Assembly: GCA_002269645.1 (NCBI GenBank)
Contig: NIVC01001044.1
Coordinates: 1 to 64,000 of the forward strand
Origin: Macrostomum lignano
Lineage: Eukaryota
Direction of reading: 5' to 3'
DNA: 64,000 bases
The notes under the pieces are model-generated. The model was not told the origin of the DNA. It worked only from the letters and a program-made list of their open reading frames with translations, and did no database searches. A program made the translations under genes and the position numbers. Shown here piece by piece: positions 1 to 11,500 of this stretch (the first letter of the stretch is position 1; each line of letters starts with the position of its first letter).

Positions 1-140
1 TCTACGTGTCTATCCACCCTGTCTATCTATATGTCTGTTCACCTGTACTTCAACCTGTGTCTGCCAAACTGTTCTCCCACCTGTCTATTCACCTGTCTAT
101 CCACCTGTCTATCCACCTGTCTATCTACCTGTCTGTCCAC
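1..140. repeat. 12-bp minisatellite (TCTATCCACCTG)n
   Basis: Direct reading. Confidence 0.9.
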
Positions 141-172
141 TGTTTCCCCGCCTGTCCCCAGACGGTCTTCAC

Positions 173-3100
173 GGCAGCAGGGGTTGCCAGGCGGCGTGCC
201 GCAGGCAGCGGTAGTAGAGGCCAGGCGGGGCGAACCACAGCACAGTGGCCGGGTCGGCAGGGTGGCCGCAGCCAGGACTCGGACAGGCCACGGCGCCGGA
301 GCGGGCCTCGGACACGCAGCGGGTCACGTGACGAGTCCAGCAGGCGGCGCAGTGCCAGTGCCGGCAGGCGGTCAGCGCCGTCACCCAGTCGGCGGGGTCG
401 CTGAGCCACGGCCTGGGCGACCGCACCCCGCAGCTGCCGCAGGCGGCCGACGTCTGGGAGCGCCGGAACTCTTCGACATCTCGCCGCTGACCGGCTAGCA
501 GCGGCGGCAGGCGTCGGGGCGTCCGAGATGTCCGCCCGCCGGCCGACTCAATGCTAATGACGTCACTGGCTGGGACAGGCGCACTGGAGTACAGCCAGCT
601 GTACAGCGGAGGGCATGTCAAGGCGGAGATTCGAACTCCGGACGACAGGTCAGATTCGCTGACTGTCGAATCGATGCTTTCGTCATCAACAATTGGCTGG
701 TCTTGGCCGGGTGTGGACAGCCGGGCCAGCAGCGCTGGGAGGGAGCTGAGGAGTGGCGGCGAAAGCGGGATCTTGTCACGGTGGGGAGATCTAGTCACGG
801 TGGGGAGATCTAGTCACGGTGGGGAGATCTTGTCACGGTGGGGAGATCTAGTCACGGTGGGAGATCTTGTCACGGTGGGGAGATCTAGTCACGGTGGGGA
901 GATCTAGTCACGGTGGGGAGATCTAGTCTCGGTGGGGAGATCTAGTCACGGTGGGGAGATCTAGTCACGGTGGGAAATCTGGTGGGGAGATCTAGTCTCG
1001 GTGGGGAGATCTAGTCACGGTGGGAAATCAAATCACAGCGAGGAGATCGAGTCTCGGTGGGAAATCTAATCACGGTGAGATCTAGTCACGGTGGAGAGAT
1101 CTAGTCACGGTGGAGAGATCTAGTCTCGGTGGGGAGATCTAGTCACGGTGGGGAGATCTAGTCTCGGTGGGGAGATCTAGTCTCGGTGGGGAGATCTAGT
1201 CACGGTGGGAAATCTAATCACGGTGAGATCTAGTCACGGTGGGGAGATCTAGTCACGGTTGGGAGATCTAGTCACGGTGGGAAATCTAATCACGGTGAGA
1301 TCTAGTCACGGTGGGGAGATCTAGTCACGGTTGGGAGATCTAGTCACGGTTGGGAGATCTAGTCACGGTGAGGAGATCTAGTCTGGGTGGAGAGATCCAG
1401 TCAGGGCCTGGAGATCTAACAGTCCAGATCTAGTCACGGTGGGGAGATCTACCCACACCAGCAGGGATCCAGTCACAACTCACCCGAACGGGTCCTGACA
1501 GGCCAGCAGGCGGGTCAGGACGTGTCGCCGATCAGCCGGAGAGCCGCAGCCCAGCAGGTGCAGGCGAACTCGGGTCGAGCCAAACCGGACAGCCCTGGAC
1601 GCAGACGGCAGCTTGCCACCAGCTGCTGGCAGCTCCTCCATCAGCAGGGTGGGGCCGGGCCACCGCCAGCTCGTTGCCATTGACGACGGCCAAGGACGCA
1701 GCCAGATCTTGGTCGGCCAGCTGTCACTGCGCCTGCCGCCACCGCCAGCGCCAGCCTCCAGCAATCGATTCAGCAGCTCCCTCTGCACAGTCAGCACCGG
1801 TCTGAAGTCATCCTCTCGATCCTCTTCATTATCCTCTTTGAGCTGAGGCTGCTCAAAGCTGCCATCGGCTCGGCTCGACCGCTGCGTGGGCGGCTCGCCT
1901 TCGCTGGGCGAGAATTCAGCGAATCCCAGCTCGTCGGAGGCGAATTTGGCGAGCAGCTCGGAAATGCCGGCAGCCTCCGCCAGGGTTGATGAGGCGCGTC
2001 GGCTGAGCCTGAGAATGCCAGGGATAAATTCAAAACTGCCCAATTTTCTAAATGTACTTTTATACTACTCATTGCAAGTAGCTTCGGAGTTAATCGGGTT
2101 TGAGACTTAGCTCAGCATCATTCTCAATCAATCCAGCTCAGCATCGTTCCCCATCAGTCCAGCTCAGCATCATTCTCAATCAATCCAGCATAGCATCATT
2201 CTCCATCAGTCCAGCTCAGCATCATTCCCCATCAGTCCAGTTCAGCATCATTCTTAATCAATCCAGCATAGCATCATTCTCCATCAGTCCAGCTCAGCAT
2301 CGTTCCCATCAGTCCAGCTCAGCATCATTCTCAATCAATCCAGCATAGCATCATTCTCCATCAATCCAGCTCAGCATCGTTCCCCATCAGTCCAGCTCAG
2401 CATCATTCTTAATCAATCCAGCATAGCATCATTCTCCATCAGTCCAGCTCAGCATCATTCCCCATCAGTCCAGTTCAGCATCATTCCCTATCAGTCCAGC
2501 CCAGCACCATTCCCCATCAGTCCAGCTCAGCATCATTCTCAATCAATCCAGCATAGCATCATTCTCAATCAATCCAGCTCAGCATCGTTCCCCATCAGTC
2601 CAGCTCAGCATCATTCTCAATCAATCCAGCATAGCATCATTCTCCATCAGTCCAGCTCAGCATCATTCCCCATCAGTCCAGTTCAGCATCATTCCCTATC
2701 AGTCCAGCCCAGCACCATTCCCCATCAGTCCAGCTCAGCATTGATCATTCTTAATCAATCCAGCATAGCATCATTCTCCATCAGTCCAGCTCAGCATCAT
2801 TCCCCATCAGTCCAGTTCAGCATCATTCCCTATCAGTCCAGCCCAGCACCATTCCCCATCAGTCCAGCTCAGCATCATTCTCCATCAGTACAGCTCAGCC
2901 AACTCACCGCAAGCCTCCAGCATCTTGAGCAGTGCTCAGATCCAGCCGCCGCTGCCAGTTGTCCTCCAGCCAGTCGGCCAGTTCGTCTTCCGCTTCCCGT
3001 CTCGCCACCCGCCGCATCCGCTTGCGACGATGGCGCTTTTGCTTTTGGCGACCTAGACTGCTTCTGTTGGCACAAGAAGCTGCAGAATCTGCAGCGTCTG

Positions 3101-6100
3101 CATCAACAGAAGCAGCAGCAGGCGAAGCAGCAGCCCGAGCTCTGCAAGAGAACAGTTGGGCACAGAATGCTCGCAATAATGAGTTGTCCATGTTGCATAC
3201 GGATAGCTAATGCTTGTATACTACTGCAAATACGAGGTTAACAAGTAGTTTGATGCGGGTTTTAACAAAGAATATCAAATGGATTGACCAAAGAAAAAAA
3301 TGATAAAAAATATAATTACAGAAAACCAGCAAGTGTGTCATTGACGAAAGAAAATGTTTAAAGGGTCAGAACGATGTTAACGAATAAGGCTAAATAGTTC
3401 GGTTTAGGGTTGAAGGATAGGGTTTTGTGTTTTATGATCAAAATGTTAGGTTAGAAGGGTTGAGAGATTAGGGTTGAAAGGTCAAGGTTGAAGGGATGAA
3501 GGGTTGAAGGGTTAGGGTTGAAGGGTTGAGGGATTTGGGTTGAAAGGCAAATGTTGAAGGGTTTAAAGGGTGGGGTTGAAGGGTCTAAAGGGTAGGGTTG
3601 AAGGGCCTAAAGAGTAGGGTTGAAGGGTTTAAATGGTAGGGTTGAAGGGTTTAAATGGTAGGGTTGAAGGGTTTAAATGGTAGGGTTGCAGGGTTAAAAG
3701 GGTAGAATTGAAGGGTTAGGGTTGTAGGGTTAGGGTTGAAGGGTGTTATGCTGGTTGCGAAGCTTCTGTTTTCGAATATTCTGGACAATAGTTTCAGATA
3801 AAATACCGCAAAGTGAGTTTAATAGTTACTTTACAGTTCTATAAACATAGAGAGTAAAAAAATTCATCAATCTTTTATCTGCTTTCAAATTTCTAAAAGA
3901 GAAACATGCTGAAAAAAAACTGAGGCTGTACCTGGCAAAGGTGCGGGTCAGCGGTCGGTGCCAGCGGTCGTCAATGATGAGCTCATGCGGGGGCATCAGG
4001 CTGTGCAACACCAGTTTGGGTGCCGACGCCAGCGCGGACAGCGGCAGCGACACGGGCTCAGGGAGCTGCTGGCCGGCGCTGAGGCTCTCAACTGCCGATG
4101 GGGCCACCCGAGCAGCTCGTACAGATTGAGCAGTCGGCTGCGCTCGGGTTGGAAGCGGACTGGCAGACGGACTTCGCAGCTGGCGTCTGAAGCATGGGCA
4201 GGTTGACGTAATTTGATTCCCATTGAGTTGCCATGACAACCCGCGTCAGTCGGCCGCAGCAATCAAATCTTATCTACATGTACCTGTTCTCATCTAATCT
4301 CAGCATATCTACCTGTTCTCATCTAATCACACCATATCTACCTGTTCTCATCTAATCACACCATATCTACCTGTTCTCATCTAATCTCACCATATCTACC
4401 TGTTCTCATCTAATCACACCATATCTACCTGTTCTCATCTAATCACACCATATCTACCTGTTCTCATCTAATCTCACCATATCTACCTGTTCTTATATAA
4501 TCTCACCATATCTACCTGTTATAATTTAATCCCACCGTATCTACCTGTTCTTATCTAATCTCACCATATCTACCTGTTCTTATCTAATCTCACCATATCT
4601 ACCTGTTCTTATCTAATCTCACCATATCTACCTGTTCTTATCTAATCTCACCATATCTACCTGTTCTTATCTAATCTCACCATATCTACCTGTTATCATT
4701 TAATCTCACCATATCTACCTGTTATCATTTAATCCCACCATATCTACCTCTTATCATTTAATATCACCATATCTACCTGTTATCATGTAATCTCACCATA
4801 TCTACCTGTTATCATGTAATCTCACCATATTGATCTGCCCTCATCTAATCTCACTATATCTATCTTCTCTCACCTAATCTCACCATATCTACCAGTTTTC
4901 ACCTAATTGCACCATATCTACATAATCCCATCTAATCTCACCATATCTACATCTTTTAATCTAATCTCACCATATATACCTGTTCTCATCTAATCTCACC
5001 ATATATACCTGTTCTCATCTAATCTCACCATATCTACATCTTTTCATCTAATCTTACTATATCTACATCTTTTCATCTAATCTCACCATATCTACATCTT
5101 TTCATCTAATCTTACTATATCTACATCTTTTCATCTAATCTCACTATATCTACATCTTTTCATCTAATCTTACTATATCTACATCTTTTCATCTAATCTT
5201 ACTATATCTACATATTTTCATCTAATCTCACTATATCTACATCTTTTCATCTAATCTTACTATATCTACATCTTTTCATCTAATCTCACCATATATACCT
5301 CTTTTCATCCTACTTCGACTGTTTCCTAATCATTCCTCATATTTTCAGATTTCTGATATTTTTAAAGTATATAATAAGCCTTGAATAAGCTAGAAATAAA
5401 GACTCAAAAACGCACTAACCAAGATCGAGGATCTCCTCTCTCACGCCATCCACAGTCGCCCTGGTCAGTTCAGCCACCTGCCTCTGCACCTGCCTTTGCC
5501 TGGCCGTAACTCGAACTGCTCTCCGTCTCTGCGAACGCGAAGTCCCGCTAGCCACAGGGCGGATTTTATCAGCCCGAAGCCTCTTGAGGCTGCGCCGGTA
5601 CCGGCTGAGCAGGGACTGCACCGCAGGCATCCAGCCCAGGCTGCTGTCGCACTGGCTGACCCCAGGTGCCAGCAGACGGTTGCCTTGGATTGAGAAGTTC
5701 TCCTCGATCATGAATATCTGCAGGCCTTCCAGCATCTCCTCCGACTCGGCGTATTTGATGAAGAAGCCCTCCATGAGCTCCCAGCGGTTCTGCTTGCTCA
5801 GCGAGTACCGCACCGATGTGTCCACGCTGTGCCCGATGTTGATGGGGACGCGTTTGGGAGGTGATGTAACTTGTGAGAAATGGGGGATGGGGAATGGGAA
5901 GATAGGGAATCGGAGAGGGAATGCGAATGATGGGGGATGGGGAATAGGGGATGGGGAATGCGAATGATGGGGGTGGGGAATGGGGGATGGGGAATAGGGG
6001 ATGGGGATTGGGGGATGAGAAATGGAGCCTGGGGATTGGGGGATGGGGATTGGGAGAAGGAAAATGGGGGATGGGGAATGGGGATGGGGATTGGGGGAAG

Positions 6101-6495
6101 GGGAATGGGGGATGGGGAATGCGAATGGGGAAGGGGAACGGGGGATGGGGAATGGGAAGATGGGGAATTGGAGTTGGGAGATAGAAAGTGGGAGGGGAAG
6201 AAAATAAGCTAAGAATGAGAACATGCTGTATTAGAATTCAAATGGGAGAATCAAACCCAGCACTCACTCAAAATGCCTCCCAAACAGGTACCGACTGTCG
6301 CCCAGACGCACCGGTCGCCATCCAGACTCCGCCCCATCGGGCACATCTGGCGGCAGATAGCAAAACTGCAGCAGTCCCTTGGTTCGACTCTGTCGCAGAA
6401 TCTGCTTGGAAGTTCGACAGTTCTGCCTCTTGAAGGGGCCGCCGCCGGGACCGCACACGGGCCGGCCGCAGGGGCAGATGTTCCAGCAGTCGTAG
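173..6495 (-). CDS. Spliced gene, partial: RING1 (C3HC4, RBR/Ariadne-type) domain protein, probable RBR E3 ubiquitin ligase
   Basis: Phase-compatible exons 6495-6268, 5826-5420, 4186-3932 (needs +1 nt near 4089, or alternative sites 5445/4179), 3141-2908, 2008-1484, 745-~173. Last exon encodes CGSC-x21-CRHWHCAACW-x16-CPSPGC, the RING1 pattern of RBR ligases. The 5' end and any IBR/RING2 exons are unresolved; the latter would lie left of the window. That the 5' exons belong to this gene rests on splice phase only. Confidence 0.62.
770..1450. repeat. 19-bp intronic minisatellite (GATCTAGTCACGGTGGGGA)n
   Basis: About 35 units filling intron 746-1483. Confidence 0.95.
2105..2900. repeat. ~26-bp intronic minisatellite (CAGTCCAGCTCAGCATCATTCCCCAT)n
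   Basis: Fills most of intron 2009-2907. Confidence 0.93.
3400..3745. repeat. Degenerate telomere-like G-rich repeat (AGGGTTGA / TTAGGG)
   Basis: Repeated GTTGAAGGGTT(A/T) with scattered TTAGGG. Confidence 0.8.
4227..4240. promoter_or_regulatory. RFX X-box-like palindrome GTTGCCATGACAAC
   Basis: Matches the GTTNCCATGGNAAC consensus with one mismatch; exact reverse complement present at 7685-7698. Confidence 0.45.
4270..5330 (+). repeat. 29-bp minisatellite (ATCTACCTGTTCTCATCTAATCTCACCAT)n
   Basis: About 36 units; reverse-complement array at 6960-7470. Confidence 0.95.
5880..6200. repeat. G-rich (GGGGAT/GGGAAT)n low-complexity repeat
   Basis: Direct reading; intronic. Confidence 0.9.
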
Positions 6496-6959
6496 CTGAG
6501 AAAGTCGCGAGGCATATTACTGACCTACTGGGCTACATCATAAACTATAATGGCATAACTAAGCTACTTTGTAAATGATCAGAAATGTCAATCTTTTAGC
6601 CAGTTTTCCATTGCAGCCGCTTTTCCTATACTTAAAGTTGTGCGCGCTTCCCAGAAAAATGAGAGTTCTGGCCTATGGGGGGGGGTAGGAGAGCAGAGAG
6701 AGTACAGCTGGCTGCGGTTGCCATTGACAACACAATGGACTCGCGCGCGCAAGCGACCCCTCCCCCGGCAGCTCAGGGCTGGGTTGCTGGGGTGAGGGGT
6801 GAGGGGTTTGTGATAGCAAGAGTAGAGCAGAGCCATGCTCACCTGCTCACTGCTCAGCCATGGCCAATGTGCATGAATGGGGGAGGGTGCGGGCACTGGT
6901 ACAGCATTAACAGCTGGGAGGGCGAGAGAGTGCTCGGCTGATGAAATGCTAGGAAATTC

Positions 6960-7470
6960 TATGGTGAGATTAGAACAGTGAACACTCCTTAGTGAGTGAG
7001 AAAAATGATAGATGAGACTAGAGTAGATAGGGTGAGATCTGATATAAGAGCATGTCGATGTGGTGAGATTAGATGACAACAGGTAGATACGGTGAGATTA
7101 GATGATAAAATGTAGATATGGTGAGATTAGATAAGAACAGGTAGATATAGTGAGATAGATTAGATGAGAACATGTAGACATAGTGAGATTAGATGAGAAC
7201 AGGTAGATATAGTGAGATTAGATGAGAACAGATAGATATAGTGAGATTAGATGAGAACAGGTAGATATAGTGAGATTAGATGAGAACAGGTAGATATAGT
7301 GAGATAGATTAGATGAGAACAGGTAGATGTGGTGAGATTAGATGATAAAATGTAGATATGGTGAGATTAGATGAGAACAGGTAGACATAGTGAGATTAGA
7401 TGAGAACATGTAGATATGGTGAGATAATATGAGAACAGGTAGATATAGTGAGATGAGAACAGGTAGATAC
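6960..7470 (-). repeat. Inverted copy of the 29-bp minisatellite at 4270-5330
   Basis: (ATGGTGAGATTAGATGAGAACAGGTAGAT)n is the reverse complement of the 4.3-kb unit. Confidence 0.93.
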
Positions 7471-7684
7471 AGTGATGATAATAAAAACTTAGGGACACTA
7501 CCAGCACAGAGACGAGCAGACAAAAATGAGAATAAAGGCAGAATGCAAGGGAAGCGGAAAAACAGATGTTGAGAGGAAAGGTGAAAAGTAATAAAAAGCG
7601 GCAGATAGAGAGGAGTCATGGCACTCCAATGGAAAATCACAGGAACTAGACAAGACAATGGATAGCTTTGATTGACAATGGCAG

Positions 7685-7698
7685 GTTGTCATGGCAAC
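7685..7698. promoter_or_regulatory. RFX X-box-like palindrome GTTGTCATGGCAAC
   Basis: Near-consensus X-box between the HEAT gene stop and the first recognisable exon of the RING gene. Confidence 0.45.
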
Positions 7699-8009
7699 TA
7701 AACGGGGATTAATGCGGATCAATCGTATGCTTCTAAAAGTACATCTTCACCAGCTACAAATAAGTGAAGAGAATTAAAGCATTAGTCAATGAAACATGCA
7801 TAATCAAATTTTGAATTACGAAGAGCATATGAATAAACTAATTGCAATATAATTTCGCAGCACTTGTCAAGCAATACAAAACTGATACATTTTGTAGACG
7901 ATTGATCAGACTACTTTTAGTAGCATCGGGATAGACAAGACAACGTTTAATGGGCCTGCGCTAAATATTCACTGAATAAGATGTGAGTCTTCGAATCGTG
8001 GAAAATGCC

Positions 8010-8455
8010 ATTGACAGGTGGACAGGCAGGGAGACACTCACAAGTGGACAGGTAGGGAGACATGCCTACTCAAAAGTGGACAGATAAAAAGACAGGTGAA
8101 CAGGTGGATATTTAGAGAAGCAGGTAGAGAGGCAGGTAAAGAGGTGGACAAGTAGAGAGGTAGGTAGAGACAGGTAGGTGGAAATGTAGAGAGACAGATG
8201 GGTCTTTGCAGGCAGGTATGAGACATACAGACAAGTAGACAAGTAAGAGGGACACGTAGACAGGTGGACAGGTAAGAGGGATATGCAGACAGGTGGACAG
8301 GTAAGAGGGATATGTAGACAGGTGGACAGGTAAGAGGGATATGTAGACAGGTGGACAGGTAAGAGGGATATGTAGACAGGTGGACAGGTAAGAGGGATAT
8401 GTAGACAGGTGGACAGGTAAGAGGGATATGCAGACAGGTGGACAGGTGGGTGGAC
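8010..8455. repeat. 29-bp minisatellite (GTAGACAGGTGGACAGGTAAGAGGGATAT)n
   Basis: Direct reading. Confidence 0.9.
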
Positions 8456-8596
8456 ACAGAGACAATATATTCCACGATTCGTGACGGCTGCAGCACTGAG
8501 GTCTTGAGGCCCCGGTGCCAGAAAGCAGTACAAGAATGCAAGCTACAGACACTAAACGGTGTCTCAGTCAATACACGGACATCAGGCAGAGGTCAG

Positions 8597-11500
8597 TCAG
8601 GGAGGCAGCAATGGCGACAGGGCATCGAGCAGCCGGGGGTCTCGGGTCTGCTCGATCCGGCCGCGCAGAATCCCCGGGCCGAGCAGGCGGGCCAGGCCGG
8701 CCAGGCAGTCCTCGGCGGCGGCTGCGGCCAGCTGACTGTCCTGCCGGTGCTCCAAGGCGTAGGCCAGCGGCTCCAGGAAGGCTTCCAGGTGGCGCTTGAA
8801 CACAGGCTTGCCAATGCCGCTGGCCACCTGGGGCAGGCGGCGCAGCACCGACTCCAGCAGGGCGAAATGGTGGGCGAACTGCCTGCGGGCGGACGGGCGG
8901 TGGGTAAGCAGGTGAGTGAGGGAGCCTGTGTGCAAACAGGTGCAAAAAGAGACGGAGATTGTTAGTGTACAGGTGCAGAGAGACACAAATATTGTTAGTG
9001 GACAGGTGCAAAGACACAAATACTGTTAGTGGACAACAGCAATCGGACAACTGCAATCAGACAGGTGCAATCAGACAACTGCAATCAGACAACTGCAATC
9101 AGACAGGTGCAATCAGACAACTGCAATCAGACAACTGCAATCAGACAACTACAATCAGACAGGTGCAATCAGACAACTGCAATCAGACAACTGCAATCAG
9201 ACAGTTACAACCAGACAACTGCAATCAGACAACTACAATCAGACAACTGCAATCAGACAGGTACAACCAGACAACTGCAATCAGACAACTGCAATCAGAC
9301 AACTGCAATCAGACAGTTACAACCAGACAACTGTAATCAGACAAATGCAATCAGACAACTGCAATCAGACAGATGCAATCAGACAGTTACAACCAGACAA
9401 CTGCAATCAGACAACTGCAATCAGACAGATGCAATCAGACAGTTACAACCAGACAACTGCAATCAGACAACTGCAATCAGACAGGTGCAATCAGACAGTT
9501 ACAACCAGACAACTGCAATCAGACAACTGCAATCAGACAACTGCAATCAGACAGTTACAACCAGACAACTGCAATCAGACAACTGCAATCAGACAGTTAC
9601 AACCAGACAACTGCAATCAGACAACTGCAATCAGACAACTGCAACCAGACAGCTGCAATCAGACAGTTACAACCAGACAACTGTAATCAGACAAATGCAA
9701 TCAGACAACTGCAATCAGACAGATGCAATCAGGCTACCTGTAAGTGGTAGCCTTAGCCAGCAGAGGCAGCAGGTCAGCCAGACGAGGCCGCAGCTCAGGC
9801 AGATCGCACAGCTCAGCCAGGAGGTGCACGCAACCGTCGGCGATCTCCCAGGGCTCGGCGGGGCGCCGGAAGTTGTGATTGGAGCAGCCGCCGCCCGGGG
9901 ACATCTTGGGCGCCAGCGAGCCGCAGGAGTACATGGTGCGGTCCGTGTGCAGCGCCTCGTCATTGTCGCGAATCCGCTTGGCCGCGGCGACGCCGAACAG
10001 CGCCGGCTCGGAGGCGAGGCCGGACGCGGCCGAACTGGACTCGGGCTGGCTGGCCGGCTGGGACAGCCCGGCCGACAGCTCGGACAGCAGGGCGTCGCCG
10101 AGGCCGGGGTTGCTGGGCAACAGGCTGGCAACGAGGCAGCGCAGCGAAGCGGCGGCGCCCTGCCTGACGGAGGGCACGCTGTCGCGGAGGTTGGCGGTGA
10201 ACAGCGGCAGCAGGCGGTCCAGCATGCCGGCGGTCTCGGCGGGGTGCGCCGTGGCGAAGCGGCCGCAGGCGATGCAGGCGGCGTCGCGGACTGGCCAGCT
10301 GTCGTCGTCGAAGCAGACCAGCAGGGCGGAGTACAGCTGGGGCACGTGCGGCTGCACCACCGCGGGGTCCACCTGAGTTGGGGGTGGCGATAATGGAGGC
10401 CTTGGAGTCGCTTCAGAGGAGAACATATATGAGCAATTAGTGGGGTCAGTGACCCCGGCAGGCATGTGTCAAGGGGTCAGCTGACCTCCATAGACTGTAA
10501 AATGCCATGTTGGAACACATTACTGGGGTCAGTGACATCCATAGACAGTACAGTGACTGCAGGAGCACATTAAGGGGGTCATTGACCCCTAAAGACAGTA
10601 TAGTAACTACAGGAGCACATTAGGGGGGTCAATGACCCCAAATAGACAGTATAGTGACTGCAGAAGCACATTAGGGGGGGTCAATGACCCCAAATAGACA
10701 GTATAGTGACTGCAGGAGAAGGGTACTGAAGTCAGTGACCCCCAAATACAGTATAGTGACTGTAAGAGCACGTTACGAGGATCAATGACCTCCAGAACAT
10801 ATACATGTACACTATAGTACAGCAGGGTTAGTGGACCCCACCCCCCAAGAGCAAGCTCACAGCTCACCTTATAACCCAGCTCGGCGATGCAAGCGCAGGC
10901 GGCCTCCCTAACAGCGTGATTGTTAGCCCTGGACTGTTCCACGTAGAACTTGACCACCTGGTCGATGTTATCGCTAACCAGCCGGGGGCCTTCAACTAAA
11001 GTGGCCAGCAGGCGCCAGGTCTCCTGGTTGAACAGCCGGACTCCCTCGGCCATGTAGTAGCGGTTCAGGCACAGCGGCGGCACCAGCAGGCGCTGAATCT
11101 CTGGCGGCGGCTTCGACCGCTCGTCCACGTATTTGAGCAGGAAATTCCTGGCTGCCAGGCTGGCGGCCATTCTCACCTGGCTCCAGTTGTCCGACAGGCC
11201 TGTGGCCAGCTGCTCAGCGATGCGGCCTCTGCAGGCTGTTGGGGCGGCGTCTCCGCGGGACACGGCGGCGAGCACCTGGAAGCCGGTCTCGCGGACGAAC
11301 CGGTTGGTGTGCCGCAGGGTGCTGAACACCAGCTCGAGGAGCTCGTCGTCAAGGAGACGGGCGAAGCCGGAGCCGTAGCTGAAAATTTATTCGTAAATTC
11401 ATTTAGGAAGGAAAAAGGGAGTTTCAGCTACCCAAAAGTACACAACGAGCCGCCTAAAGTACACGGAGGGATAGTAAGTCAGTAACACCAGTCAGTTACA

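Noticed and set aside
6690-8571. Candidate extra 5' exons of the RING gene (~6705-6790 and ~8455-8545)
   Set aside because: Splice sites are weak and several alternatives fit equally; cannot be supported without cDNA.
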